Assembly: GCA_013239625.1 (NCBI GenBank)
Contig: MU054220.1
Span: 8,343,367 to 8,407,366 of the forward strand
Direction: 5' to 3'
DNA length: 64,000 bases
From: Lama guanicoe
Lineage: Eukaryota
Part shown: piece by piece, positions 14,876 to 28,718 of the stretch
Layout of the letters: every line of letters starts with the position of its first letter
How positions within the stretch are numbered: the stretch's first letter is position 1
The notes under the pieces: model-generated
What the model saw: only the letters and a program-made list of their open reading frames with translations
Database searches by the model: none
Told to the model about the DNA's origin: nothing
Translations under genes and position numbers: made by a program

Positions 14876-16199
14876 GTGAATAATAGAAAAACCAAATAAT
14901 AATTTCATTGTTACTCTATGAATACATTTTTAAAGTTGTTTTCACTTTTTATGTAAATGACAAGCCTAGAAGCATCTATGATACAAACTGCTTCTTAACT
15001 GTTGGGTAAGAAGTCCTGAAGAGACTATATCTAAATTTAGGTGAGTGCCCATCGAAAGTAAATGTAGTTTTTAATGCTCTGCCTACATTTCCAAGAATTG
15101 TTTTAACTATTAAAACGTAAAGGATTCTGCAGTATATCTGGTGAGTAATTCAATAGTACGCAGCAAAATCCTTTCAAAATATATCACTCTCTTTGACCAA
15201 TCATTCCTTCTTACATAACCATAGAAAACTGGAATAGATATGAATAATATGCATAGGTACTAGAATATTATTTGATTTGTGGAAATTGTATGTGAAAAAT
15301 ATTATGAGGGGAATAACACAATGAAACTCATCAAGCATTACATTTTGAAATAAACTGCAGTGTGTGGAACTGAATAAAAGAAGAACTGAAAAGAAATGGG
15401 AACACGAGGGCAAAATAAGCTGTTGGAATGAGCAATCATAAGATACAATGAGTTCTGAAACGCCGAAATTTTACCTATTGTGAAAGTGTCATGCCTTACC
15501 TTCCATTAGGTTTAACTAAACTTGAACTTTTTACCTTAACATATTGTGATTCCTCAGTTTATTGTATTCCGTAGAGCTGAGTGCTGGAGATGACAGTCCC
15601 ATTTTTCAGGGGACTTTACTTTAGAGTCAGGGTAAATTAGAGCAATCAATCCTTCAGTTATAGTGAACATCTTGACTATGTATGTTACAAAGAAGGCCCA
15701 AAATTTCAATGTTCTGTATTTTCAGCTATGTAACGTTTTTAATTTGAGAAACCTAAGAGAAGAATCCAACAGGGAAACTTTCATTTTGCTGCACTATGCA
15801 TCTTTAGGTCATACTTAGAAAACATAGACAGCCTCATAAAATATGCCAAAATAATAAGACCAATGTCAGTAATAATAATTAACAAATAACAATTCAAATT
15901 TCACAGGTACCAGACAGTGCTCTACTCCCCCACTCCCAACTCCCTGTGAATGTCCCATTTAATCTCCAAAATACAAATAAATAAATAAAATGATATATGA
16001 TATAGTTACTATTATAATCTTCATTTTATGCATAAGGAAACTGAAGCACAGATCTTTTAAGGTATGCAAGTTCACGCAGGTGATATGGACAGAATGGATT
16101 CTGGGTTAGTACCACCAAGTGCACCTTGGTCAGACTAGAAACAGTTCTGTTAGGTTATGAAATGCTAAGGCCTTTGTCTTCATTTCTGTGCTTGAAACA

Positions 16200-16555
16200 T
16201 TTTTTTTACTGTCTTTACATTTTATTGTCAGAAGAACAATTAACAAAATATGGGCCCTCTTCACAAGTTTTTAAGTGTACAATAATAAACTACTGTTGAC
16301 TCGTTGCAGTGCTGTACAGTGAAATGTCTAGAGTGTGTTCACCTTGCTTAACTGAAACTTGATGCCCTTTGTGTCCTCTCCATCTCCTCTCACTGCCAGC
16401 CCCTGGCAACTACCATTCACTCTTCCCTTCTGTGAATTTGACTATTTTAGATATTTTATGTAAATGGAACTAAGCAGCGTTGTTTTTCTATAACCAACTT
16501 CCTTCACTAAGAATAATGTCCTCAAGGTTCATTCGTGTTGCATACTTCAGACCTT
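16200..16555 (-). mobile_element. L1 3' end
   Basis: ttttaagtgtacaata...cagcccctggcaactaccattc...ttttagatatt. Confidence 0.75.
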
Positions 16556-17644
16556 CCTACCTCAGCTTGAACTACTGATCATGACGTGGTGTGACCAGAC
16601 TAAACGGAGACCGAGACCAGACACAGATGGTCCTCTGTAAAATATACTCCACTGAGAGGCAGAACAGATATTCAGTGCTCGATGGTGCTTAAGATCAAAA
16701 AGACACAGAGAAGTAATTGCAGACACGATGGGGAGTGTTCTCCTTTTCCGGACCAGGGACAGTGTCTGATTTCTGTGGAGTCAAGATTTTCAAGTCCTCG
16801 TGAATCTGGATTTTGAAAAATTCTGTCCGAAAAGTCCTTTAAAAACGCAAGTATTGTCTCAATTGACAAATGACAGAGAATCGAATAGCTTTTTGTTTTT
16901 GCATCTAGCTAAGGATTAAGTAGTAAGAATCCAGTAAATAGATGGTCAAAGACTACTGAAATTTAGTATTCCTAACTCGCATGTGTATTCTTGGAGGTTC
17001 GGGGTGCTAATGCAGCAGCTTGTTTGCATGCAGTCAGCGCAGGTTTGCCTGCAGATGGCCAGGGATGATGTGTTAGACAAGAATGATGGAGTGGGATCTT
17101 GACTTGGTCTTGATTTCCATTTGCTGACTTTTTAACTCGTTAATTGTAAATCATTATCTGTTTAATCTGTTGTGGATTGTCTGCATAACCCTAGAGCATG
17201 TACATATTTGCATATTTGTGGCCTATAACTTTCCAATAGCGAGGCTTTGAGACATTTATATGCCATAGTTGGAACGTGAATCATCCATATCCCTATTGCT
17301 AAAAGAAAACAGACATAATCCTGCAAAAACTGCTTATGGAGTGTGATACTTCTTTGGTGATCTGCTGTATGTGGGTTTGGGCAAGTTGCATATGAAACAT
17401 TGCAGAATCATCTCAAGGTAGGTGTAATAAAATGATTCCCTGATTTTAATATTGGTAGGACCAAAATGCACACGCTCATAGTGTTCTAAAATAAAATTCT
17501 AAAATAAGAGATACAAACTCATAGTATAAGCCTTATGACTTTCTAAAAGAAATCCGTCTACATTAACCTTTATCTTAAGTGGATACCATCTAAATTGTTA
17601 AGATGAGCATAAAAATCTTTTTAAATTCCACCTTCCCACTCCTG

Positions 17645-18020
17645 ATGGTTCACAACCTTGGGAGTTTCCCAGATGAAATTGAAAATGGGCCCCCTGCACA
17701 AAGTGCAAGGAGAGACCAAAGAAAGAGGCAGACCACCCAGATTAGTAGGTGGACCTTTTAATAAGCAAGGGAACTTTGACAGGAGGTGTGTCTTGAGTGG
17801 CTGAAAGAAGAACGGATCATCACACTGGCCCACCAGAATCGTGGGTTCATATGGAGGACTTAAAGGGGTTCGGTACTGTATTTAGTCCAGATGGTCTCAG
17901 TGACACCTTCTTGCCTCACGGCTGTGTCCTGGAGTGGCTCCTAGTGCAGGAACAGTGGGTGGAACATACATTCCAAGGACAGGTTTGGGATAAGGAGCCT
18001 CTGATTGTCTGGGTCTAATT
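17645..18020 (-). mobile_element. ERV LTR fragment
   Basis: LTR-like block with antisense polyA-like signal (ttttaataagcaaggg). Family not named. Confidence 0.5.
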
Positions 18021-18023
18021 CTC

Positions 18024-18150
18024 AGGTCTTCAGACTCAGACTGAACCACACCACCAGCTTCCCTGGGTGTCTCGCTTATAGACAGAAGATTTCAGGCTTC
18101 TCAGCCTCCATAATTGTGTGAGCCCACCCCTCATGATAAATCCTTCCCCC
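18024..18150 (+). mobile_element. MLT2 LTR 3' fragment followed by (CA)n
   Basis: cagactcagactgaacc..ccaccagcttccctggg...cttctcagcctccataattgtgtgagcc. Confidence 0.75.
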
Positions 18151-18889
18151 GTCTATATTATATATACTTGCATGTACACACACACACACACACACACACA
18201 CAGCATGTACTAGTTAATTTATATGGTTTATATACACATATGATCGTCTCCTGTGATCATCTCACCTGAGACCATAGAGGGTGATCATCTAAACCACTCC
18301 ACCTCATAAAGACTTGAACTTCGGTCCTCCCACGTGAAAACCTAGACTGGTTACCTAGCCACTTCTCCTTGCAGGGGTTTCAAACCTAGCATCTCTTTCC
18401 TCGGGAAAATGTAGCTGCTGAAATACGTGTTTCTCTTTTGCCAAGCAATTTCTAGTTCACGTTCGGTTGTTAAGAGCTTCGCCTTATGCGCAAGTAAATC
18501 TGGAGTCAGCCAGAAACTAAGAGGAAATTACACAGATCTGAGGGCTTACTTCTCCGATCTCTTGCTCCCCAGGATTTTGCTACTCAAAATCTGGCATCTC
18601 TGAACTTCAGTCCTGAGGCTTCTGAGACTGCTGCTTTTTTCTTCTATTTTATTCTCCCAAACTTCCAATTGGCAAATGCCCTCAGGGGAAAGGCCAGTAA
18701 ATGTGGAATTTTTCACATTGTGCTTTCTTTCTCCCAGGAATTGCAGCCTCATGAGTTCTGCCTGCAGTAACTCCTCTCCAAAGATTTCAGACGGTTGTTT
18801 CATTTTTTGTTTTGTTTTTTTTTTTTTTTAGATTTCATGGTAATCTTTGGCAGAAGGATTAGTCAGTGCAAGCTGTTGTATCCTACTTG

Positions 18890-21200
18890 TCTTCCTCTTT
18901 TACTTTTCTGAGAGATTTTCTGGAAAACTGGTATTGTTTCTTCATGATTTTTTAAATACAGTTCACAGAAGAAATCATTTCGGCCTGGAAGTATCTTTGT
19001 CAACAACATTTTGGTAATAAATTTCATTTTTCTTTTTTGATTGGCGTAGGAATATTCAGACTTTCTAATTTTCCTTGTCCCTTTTATTGTTTCCTTTTTC
19101 AGAAAAATGGTTTATTTCACATAAGCCGTTAAATATTGTCATAGAATGTTCATAGTAGTCTCTTAGTATCCTTTCAATGTGTGTAGGTTTAACTGTTAAT
19201 ACTAATTGTTGTCTTCAAAATTTTAAATAGGAAATGCTGTGACATGTTCTCAAAATTCAGACTGTATCAGAATAAGTTTTCCTTTCACCTTTGCCCTTCA
19301 ACAATCCAGCTTCCATAAAATCGATGGGATTCTATACGTACTGTTCCATACCTTACCTTTGTTAATATTTTTCCACAAGGATTTCTATATTAGGACATAA
19401 AATCTTCCTCATTCTTTCCTGTGACTAAATAGCATAGATACATCATGATTAATGTATGCATCCCGTATTGCTAAACATGTAAGTACTATTCAGGCTTGGG
19501 TTTTTTTTTTTTCCTATTTGTAACTAACAGTAACAGAGTTTTTAATGTTTGACAAAAAATTTTAAAGGTCACAGAACAATCATAATTTTTTCCTATTCAT
19601 ATTAGCACTGCTTTGCATATTTCCAGCTCACACAGTCATTTTAATAGTTCTGGACAAAGTAGAGATTATTTATTTTCTATCACTGACGTGACCATGCTGA
19701 CTCTTTCTTGCTAATTAAGTAGCAGTCACAAATGATTTAAATAATCAGTATTCAAGCTTGTTATTAAAGCAGTGTTGCATTGAACAGTATTTATTATGTG
19801 TAGTTCCACATATGGATATATGGATATGTCTTTAGGGTAAGTTTCTATGCTAATTGATTAGTCAGATTTTTATATGCATTTATAACTTGGAGAAATATTT
19901 CCAGATTTCCTTCTCTAGAGATTTATCCAGATTTGCACTCCTGTGTGTGAGAGTCAGTATCTTCACATCTTGTCAACACAATTTAATTAATAATACTAAT
20001 TTGAAAAAAAATGGATTCTCAGTGTAATCTTGATTTCTGTTTATGCTTTTAGGTGTGCAACTGAATTTTTTTCCTGTATTTAAAAAGTGCTTGTATTTTC
20101 TATTTTTTAAGTATCTATATCCATTATCCATCTTTCTATTGGACTTTTGGTTGATTTTGAACTAATTAATTAATGATGTTCTTTACATACTAGAGATAGT
20201 TTCTTTCAGCCAGAGATGCAAGCTACAAACCTTTCCCTCTGAGTTTTAGTAGGTCCTTGACTTGGCTTGTGGTCACGGTGTGCCATGCAGATTTTCATTA
20301 AATTTGTATATGGTAAAAGCCAGTGTTTATGCCTGTAGAGTTAATATGCTCATTTTCATTGCTATAAAATATTCCATTATATAAACATACTATGGTTTTA
20401 AATATTATTAGTTTTATTTTTGAAGAATATTTGAAGATTTCCATCTTGAAGCTAATACAAATAATGCTTCTCTGGACGTTCTTGCACCAGTCTCTTGGTG
20501 AACATGTACACACTTTCTGGTGGGTGCCGGGAGCCAATTTGCTGGCATTTTTATTAGCTATTTTCATGTTCAGCTTTAGTAAATCATGCAGAATGAGTCT
20601 CAAAGAGATATACAGTTGTTTCACTTTGCCACCATACTTAATACGATTAGACGTATAATTTGTGACTGGCTGGTTTTGATGTTGGACTGCCTCACTGTGG
20701 TTTTAGGGTTCCTTTCCTTCACTGCTGAATAAATTAAACATCTTTCCATGCTTACAAGCAATTTGATAATTTTTGTAAGTGTCATTTTCCTAGTACTACG
20801 TAAGCCTTCTTATACTCTGGCTTGATTATTTGTGGTTATATGTATTGCAAATGTTTTATTTTATCCTTTGTCTTTTTTTTTTTTCTCTGAGCCATGTCTC
20901 TTGATAAACAGAAATGTTTATCAGCATTATCAAGTTATCAATCTTTCAATCTATCAAAAAAATCAAATTTTTATCAAATTATCAGGGTTTTTTTTTCTTG
21001 ATGGCCAGCTATTTTTTTATACAGTTCAAGATATCTTTGTGGTTTCAAAATTCATGGAGAAATTTTCCTGTTATTTTCTCTTGATAAATATCCAAATATC
21101 TAAGCATAATTTAGTGACTATACCAGCATTCTCACCAATCAAGTATCCATCTATGGTTTTGTCGGTTTCTGGGCTTTATATGCTTTCATTAATCAATTTA
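18890..21200 (-). mobile_element. Highly decayed L1 fragments (L1ME/L1M-type)
   Basis: T-rich strand bias with L1 antisense motifs (aaaatattccattatataaacatac, gtgaacatgtacacactttc). Boundaries approximate. Confidence 0.55.
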
Positions 21201-21282
21201 CTTATTCTTATACGTGTATACGTTTCTTCAAAAAAAAATTACCAGGTAATTAATTTGAAAATCCTAACTTTATATTGTATTC

Positions 21283-21476
21283 TTTTTTTTAAACATTTTT
21301 TATTGATTTATAATCATTATACAATGTTGTGTCAAATTCCAGTGTAGACCACAATTTTTCAGTTGTACATGAACATATATATATATTCATTGTTACATTT
21401 TTTTCTCTGTGAGCTACCATAAGATCTTGTATATATTTCCCTGTGCTGTTCAGTATAATCTTGTTTATCTATTCTC
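21283..21476 (-). mobile_element. Short, younger L1 3' end resembling camelid L1
   Basis: ttttttattgatttataatcattatacaatgttgtgtcaaattccagtgtag...tatttccctgtgctgt, recognised from memory of camelid L1 3' UTRs. Confidence 0.6.
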
Positions 21477-21977
21477 AGTTACTATATATTAAATATCTAT
21501 CATAAACAATTATGGAATTGATATTCTTTTTCTCCCCCCATTTTTATTCTTATCATCTGATTTTATTTATTATATTATTGCATTTGTGTCTATATTTAAA
21601 CTGTTCACTATATTCTACCTCTGTCTCTTGATTTGCTTAAAATATTTTTGACTATAGCTGCTAAAGAGAAGGAAGTCAGCACATCTTACACTTTTTTCAA
21701 CCCTTTTCCCTCCTACTTTCCTCTGTTAGTTTTATTATTTCAAATTCATCAGACTTGACACCACTTATATTCAGTTCTTGAACCATTATCCTCTTATTTG
21801 TTATATTTCAATTCCTAAAAACAAGCAGATTATTTCTGTTATCTCTAAAGCCAGTTATTATGCCTTGGCAATTCTCTCTTGTTTTTTTCCCAGTAGATTG
21901 TTTGTAGAAAGATGGTCTTTGGAAACAATGTCCCTTCTTCTTAGGTACTTAAAACAGTGCTTCAGTCATGCAGGATA

Positions 21978-22280
21978 AATGAGTTCTAGAGACCATTTTG
22001 TACAGCACTTTGTCTGCAGTTAACAATACTATATTGTGCACTTGAAAATTTAAGTGGCTAGACCTCATGTTAAGTGTTCTTACTACAGTAAATTAAAGAG
22101 ACAGAAACAAAGGGCAGGAGGAAGCTTTTGGAGGTGATGTGTGTATTTAAAACCGGATTGTGGGGGTGTTTTCACAACTGTATTCATATGTCAAAAGTCA
22201 TCAAATTGTATATCAGATTGTATACTTTAAATAAGTGTAATTTCCTGTATGCCTCAGTAAAGCTGTTAAAGTAAATAAAC
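21978..22280 (+). mobile_element. L1 3' end (L1MB/MC-like)
   Basis: aatgagttctagaga...gacctcatgttaagtgttctt...ggaagcttttggaggtgatg...cctcagtaaagctgtt. Confidence 0.75.
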
Positions 22281-25249
22281 TCACTTGTGAAGACCTTGAA
22301 ATACACTAACAAGTGTGAATAATTTGTATAATGAATCGATATATTTCAACCCCATTCAATAAATAGTACTGATAATGATGTAAACTGAGAAAAAAAGTTA
22401 CAACCAGTTTCCTTTGACTTTACACGTAATTGATAGTTGGCAGGATAATTTTGTCCTTTTTCGTTTCCTTTCTTTATTGATTCAGTAGGCATTTTCCTCA
22501 TTATCTTTTAGTGTTGAGTACTGCTTTGCAAGAGTCTAGGCCAGTCTGTGTTTGCCCAGTACAATGATTTTACCTTTCTGCTTGACTGTCCAATTTTTTT
22601 TAACCTATGAATGCTGTAATTTATTTTCTAGGATGTGATTTAATGCTGGTCATTCTGTATCCATGTCCCACGAAATATGTATACTTACAGTATATATTCA
22701 AGTTTTTCTTTCCATTTCAGAACATTTATATCTGAAGTTTTGTTCTGTTTTATTGTTTAAATTTTGTTTAGGGAACTTAATTGTGTATGTTTATAAGGTG
22801 TTCTTACCTAAATATGTATCATTTCATCTCTTTATTCTATTTTTTCTTTTAAATTTTTTAAAAAATTACCAGTTTTGCTTTTCTCCATATTTCTTAGTAT
22901 ATTTTTAACATTGCTTATCATGCTTAGTGTCTTTTTAAGTTTACTTTCTTGTCTGTAACAATTTTTTTCCACATCTTTTTTTTTCCTTGATAACACAGGG
23001 ACACAGGTTTGCAGTCCTTCTGGTGTATTTCCATCCTTTGTAGAAGCTCTTAGATATCTGGTATGTATTCTTATTTCAAAGAAGTGATTGGTTTCTGTTG
23101 TTATTTTGTATTTCATCCATGGCAAAACACTTAAGTTTTAACTGTCCTTGATTTCATATAAACATTCTTCTGGAACTGGTTTTCCTATCCCTCGTTTGCT
23201 TTTTACATCTCATCTGTTTTTGACTTGTAACACGATCCTTTGCTGCTTCTTTCCAGCTTCTTATTTTTGAAACTTAGCTGTCCTTCCTGGATCTGCTCTT
23301 TGAAACCAGTTCTCATGGGGAAAGGAGCTTGGATCATGTTCAAATCTTGCAGGGACAACAGGTTACTCAGGATGGGACTATTACCTGAGTAAGACTGTTA
23401 GACTTTTCTCCCACCAACCAATGAAAATAAACAACTGGAGCTTATTCAAGTTACAAAAATAGCTCCTCTTCCTTGTCACTCCAGGGACACGTAGATTCCT
23501 TCAAACATGGCTTATCTTTGTGATTCTTTCATTAGCCTTGATTCCTCTAATTCGTAGAACTCAACCTGATGTAGGGAAGATTCTGATTCCAGCACAATCA
23601 CCCGTCCCTGGTCTTCCAAACTAGGGATTTAGGTTTTTCATCTCAAATGAATTTTCCATCTCTAATACAAATGTTCCTGTATGTCTCTGAAGCCCACAAT
23701 TGCAGTATTTCTCCCTTTTGCTTTCCTTCAACTTGCAATATCTACTGCTCAGCCTTGACTCCACACAGATTTCCACTCATTTTGTAATCTCAGTATCGTT
23801 GTGTCAGTTTCTCATTCCTCTTGTTGCTTTGGGGTAATATCGAGGAAGATAATGGGGAAACGTTATTCTTCACTTTGTCATTTTCAAAACGGATGTCTCT
23901 GTTGATCTTTTACCGTCATCATTCATTTTTTTCATTTGTGACCTCCTTTGTACTCCACATCACACTACAATGTTTTCCTCCTCTTTGTTTTTTGTCTTAG
24001 ATTAAAGCTTCTGAAGGCAGTTTTTTATAACACACCTGTCTGCTGTGAAGTACTTAGCATAGTGTCTTACACAGAGAGAATATAAATATTCAAACATGCA
24101 ATTAATGGTGGTTGAAAAGACAGATGACTTAATTCTATGAATAAAGACTTTTTTGTCCTAATTTTAGTCTTGAAAAATTTAAAGATTTACCAAAAGAAGA
24201 AAATGATTGCAAAACACCAAAGCCAGATTTCTTGTATTATTAAGTGTGAGATTTGTAGAAAGACAGTATAATTTAGGTTAAAATGAATGAATAGGAGGAA
24301 TAAAATTCAAGTTAATCAAATTGAATGTTGGGTTACTATAGATCTGATCTTGTTTGAAAATTGGAATAGAATTAAATGGGGCAGGACTGGTCTGACTTCT
24401 GATCTGAGTTGAATTGAATTCAGTTCAATTAACAGGAAAGAAAAAAGTATTTCATTCATCAAATCAAACGGAATAAATTTTTAAAATTAAGTTGGTTAGT
24501 TTGAATTGTTGTAGTTGACTATGCTTTGACCAGATTTAGTTCAGTTGAAAAAGTGTAATGGAATTATGTGGATTAAGTAAGTGAGGGCTGGAATGCTCTG
24601 AACTGAACAGAATGTTATAAAATGAGCCTGATCTTAGGCGATGTGCTGTTCTTTATATTGAATTGAAAGAAATTTCTTATCTGGAGAAATTTAATAGAAA
24701 GCCCTTTCTTAGACAATTATGCTGAAAATACATCTAAACACAACATTAAACAATTCAAACATTTCTCGAGAGAATATTTACATTCACACTAATTTTACTT
24801 TAATGTTTCCTTTATTATATAAGTACATTTTCTTATCTGTGGTTTTGGCATTGTTAACCCTTCATGGATGCATAATATTTCTAAAGGCTAGACTGTATCT
24901 TCATAAGAGGAACCTACATTTTTATTTCTCATGAGATCTCTCTCTCAAATAGAATATTTCACTAATCCTATCTTAAGAAACCTCCTTCCTACAAAAATAA
25001 AAATAATTACACTTCTATTTTTAAGGTTTTCTGTGTAAGAATTTTAACTAACCCTGACAATCCATGACACAGTCTATATAACACTTTAGTAAGAACTCTA
25101 GAAGTTAATATACAAACCCAATTGCTATGGAAATGTCAAGTCCAATAACAATAACAACAAAAACAAGGTAGGTTGTTTCATTTTCAAAAGTAAAGACAAC
25201 AAGAGGTTTGGAACGTAGAGATTCTAAGCTTTAGAGACAAGATAACCTA

Positions 25250-25325
25250 AACAAAAAAGAAAAAAAGAAAGAGAGAAAGAGAAAGAAAAAGAAAGGAAGG
25301 AAGAGAAAGAAAGGAAGGAAGGAAA
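25250..25325. repeat. (GAAA)n/(GGAA)n purine microsatellite
   Basis: Directly visible. Other microsatellites: (TG)(AG) ~2066-2098, (CA) ~18175-18202, (CT) ~31057-31087 and ~34203-34230, (CA) ~61022-61051. Confidence 0.9.
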
Positions 25326-27589
25326 GTACATATTAGATAGAATTCCTATTGAAATTAAAATCTTGCAACAGCGCACGGTGTAACTGCGATATTCTGAAAC
25401 TATAATCCTGACATTTAATTACAATTATCTCCATTGCCTGTGGCAAGAAAATGTTTTCTTTTTCTTCTGCAGAATTTTATGCAGGAGAAATCTATCAATG
25501 TGTCATTCTCAAACTGATACATGCCAGATTTGTAAAATTTCCATTCCTAATGAGATAAGGTATCTCCTCCATGTAAAGGGATTTTTGCATCAAATCAGAA
25601 TACTGGCCAAATAATAAAGGAGCATAGTTCTAAAAGCCCATTTCTCTGTTTCAAGGAAATAGAATTTTCCTACTTTGTGAAAAAATAGCAATTATTCACA
25701 TTTTTTCATCAACTAAAGTGGGATCGTCCACTTTAAAGAGCCAGCTCATTTAAAATATCATCTATTAGTTTAAATCTTGCCCCACGATAGTTTTCTGCTC
25801 TTCATATTGAAAGCCAAGTGAAGGCTGCCTCTTTCCTCTGTAGTATCATGTTTTGGGTTGGTTTGGGTTTACTTCCTTTACTTTTTTATGTTTTGGTGGA
25901 GGGGAAGTGAAGTACAGACAGGCTAGTCTGAATGACCTCTGACGCTCACTAACAAATAGTTATCTGGCTCTGTGCAGACTGATAAAAATATTTTGAGCTG
26001 AATCTACACCTATACATTTGTAACCACTAATTCCTATGCACATTACAGTTTGAGAACATTTGCATTACTCTTTCCTGTATGCATCACGATAGGAGATACT
26101 TCAGTTATTTTGAGTGAGGTCCTAAAGTGGGCAGGCGAAAGAATATTATACTCACAGTTAAAAGGTCTGAGTTTCAAATCTGGCTGTGCTCTTGATGAGA
26201 TGTATGACTTTAGGTAACTTGTTCTTTTCTTATTTCCACTTTCCCGGATGATGATTGTGATCATATCAACCTCAAAAATGTGTTGTGGTGATTAAATTAC
26301 AAGATTTAGATAATACGCCTGGAAGAATATGGGTACCAAATAAATGTTACATGAACTGGAATAACCAAACTGCTTCAGTGAATAGGACATTCCCTCCTGA
26401 CAGATGACTCTAGTCCATTAATTAAATAATTACTCTAGTTATAAGTTTTCCAGATTATTATTGCTATTAATTTTCTTCTAGTTATTGATAATGAGAACTT
26501 CTTTTCCTTTTAACTCACTGACTTAAAAGTATTCACTCTCATCTATTTGACAGCATACTGATTGCTATTAGGAAAATAAGCTTAGAGGTCCTCTTTGTAT
26601 GTATTTTATATTATATAATATGATGTGTTTGATACCTGGTTTTCCCGTTTTTTTTTTTCCTCAACTTCTTTTTACTGGATAAAAAAAAACTCTATATTTT
26701 TATGCCCCTGCTGTGACCTAAATCTAAGGGGAAAGGTTACCTGGGGAAATAAAAGTGAAGAAGAGAGAAAAAACTCTTTTTTCACTTGTTTTCAGTTTTT
26801 GCATACTTTATGATTGGGCCTTCCCTGATGTCAGGAGTAGAAGAACTAAAACAGAAAGTTGTTTAATGTCTCAGTTACATTTCAGTAGCCCTTGCCAATA
26901 ATTATTTTATAGAAATTTAGATAAATGATAATCCTGAATTATTTAAATCCTGTGAAAGAATTGTGATGTTAGTTTCTATTAGGCTGCATCTGATTACAAT
27001 TAATCAAGAAGCTTTTGGCTAACAGCTTCTCGCTGAAGAATTCCCCCACTAAGCCTAGTTTTGAATATGGCTTTTAAAGACCTTATTTCTGTCCCCCCAA
27101 AAAATCAAGTTGGCAGAACAGTACCACGTATATGAAGTAACAGAGAAGTATATGCGACATATAAAGATTGATTGTTTGACGTGGGCTGAAGAAATTAAAG
27201 AATTACAGTAAGTGTTAAAGCTGAGGACATAAATTAGGGACCAAAATGGAATCTTTGGGTACTCAAAGTATTAATATTCATTGAGTGGAGACTATATACG
27301 CCAGGCAGTTTTATCTCATCTTTGTACAACAGGTTGTTCGAGGGAAAAAAAGGGATTACCGATTGGATGACAGCTCACTCTTTTTAACTAAGGCTTTCCA
27401 GGTCACTTAATATTGAGATCGTCATTGTTCTGGGACTTTGTTGTGTGTGCGGTCTGCCTAGGGAGCCACGTATTTTGTAAGCAAGAGTGTTCTCCCTGGA
27501 GGTAGAGGAATGAGACTGATCGGTCAGGCCAAAGCTTATTCAGTGATAAATTCAAACGTGGGGACTATCAGGTAATATATGGAGTAGAC

Positions 27590-27790
27590 CAGGGGCCAGA
27601 AAACTTTTTCAGTAAAGAGTATATTAGTTTTGCACCCCATGTAGTCTTCATCACAATTTCTCATTTTTGCTGTTGTATGCTAAAAGTTGTCATAGGCATC
27701 ACGTGAATGAATGGGCCTGACTGTGTCTCACAGCCACTTGAGTTACATAATCAGACAGTGGGCAAGATTTGATCTGTGAGCCAATATAAC
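27590..27790 (+). mobile_element. MER58-like hAT DNA transposon
   Basis: caggggcc.gaaaactttttc.gtaaag...gaatgaatgggcctgactgtg. Confidence 0.6.
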
Positions 27791-27979
27791 ATGCCAAGTA
27801 ACTTTATGTATATGAAGAATTACTGTGCCATTCCAAATTTTAATCGTTTTTCACTGCATACCACCTATCTGAAAAGAAAGGAAGTGCCCGTAACTTCTGT
27901 ATGTTTACTGAGTGGCCAGTACTGTTTTCGAGTCTTTATCACTGTGCCATCCCTTTGCAAGAGATCGTGCCCTTGCACA

Positions 27980-28490
27980 TTCTAGCCAGCATCCACGATT
28001 GCTCCCAGTGTTTCTGGTCTCCCGGTGTTCACACCCATGTGAACTCCCTTACTATATTCCGTTAGGACTAGCTTGCAGCCAATAGGATTTTGCAGGAATG
28101 CTGTTTCTGTAGATATATCATTTTTAAAATGCTGGTTTCCACCTGGCCTGCTCTTGGATCACTTGCTCTGAGGGAAGCCAGCTGCCTTGTTGGGGACCCA
28201 ATGGCGAGGTCTACATGGGGAGAAACTGACCTTTCCTATGCACAGCAAATATTAATTTGCCAACGATGTGAGTGAGCTGACTTGGAAGCAGATCTTTAGG
28301 CCACAGTCAAACCTTCAGATGCCTATAGCCCTGACCAACATCTTGTTTGTAATCTCACAAGAGACCCTGAACCACGACCACTCAGCTGAGCCATTTCCTA
28401 ACCTGATACAAAGAAATCTATGTAAGATACTGTGCTACATTGCTAAGTTTTAGAGGGTTTTGTTTTTCCAGCTGTGATAACTAAAATGCC
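27980..28490 (+). mobile_element. MLT1 (MaLR) LTR
   Basis: ggtgttcacaccc...ctctgagggaagccagctgcc...gagaccctgaaccacgaccactcagctgagcc...gctaagtttt...gataactaa. Confidence 0.8.
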
Positions 28491-28504
28491 ATGTTATCAA
28501 TGAA

Positions 28505-28718
28505 AAGATAGCAAATTTTTACCTGGGGGCCAGATATTAAATAGTTTATACTTTCTGGGTTCTGTGGTCTCAGTTGCAAATATCAACTGTCATTGTAGTG
28601 TAAAGGCACCCATAGGCAATATTCGAGAAACTCAGCATGGATGTCTTAATAAAACTGTATTTATAGAAACAGATAGTGGGTCAGACTTGGTTTGTGTACC
28701 AGAGTTTTCTGATCCTTG
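28505..28718 (+). mobile_element. MER58A-like hAT DNA transposon
   Basis: gggccagata.taaata...gtctcagttgcaa...aataaaactgtatttata.aaacag...ctgatccttg. Confidence 0.7.

Noticed and set aside
20832..21347. 171-aa hydrophobic ORF
   Set aside because: Low-complexity translation of T-rich decayed L1 with no recognisable domain.
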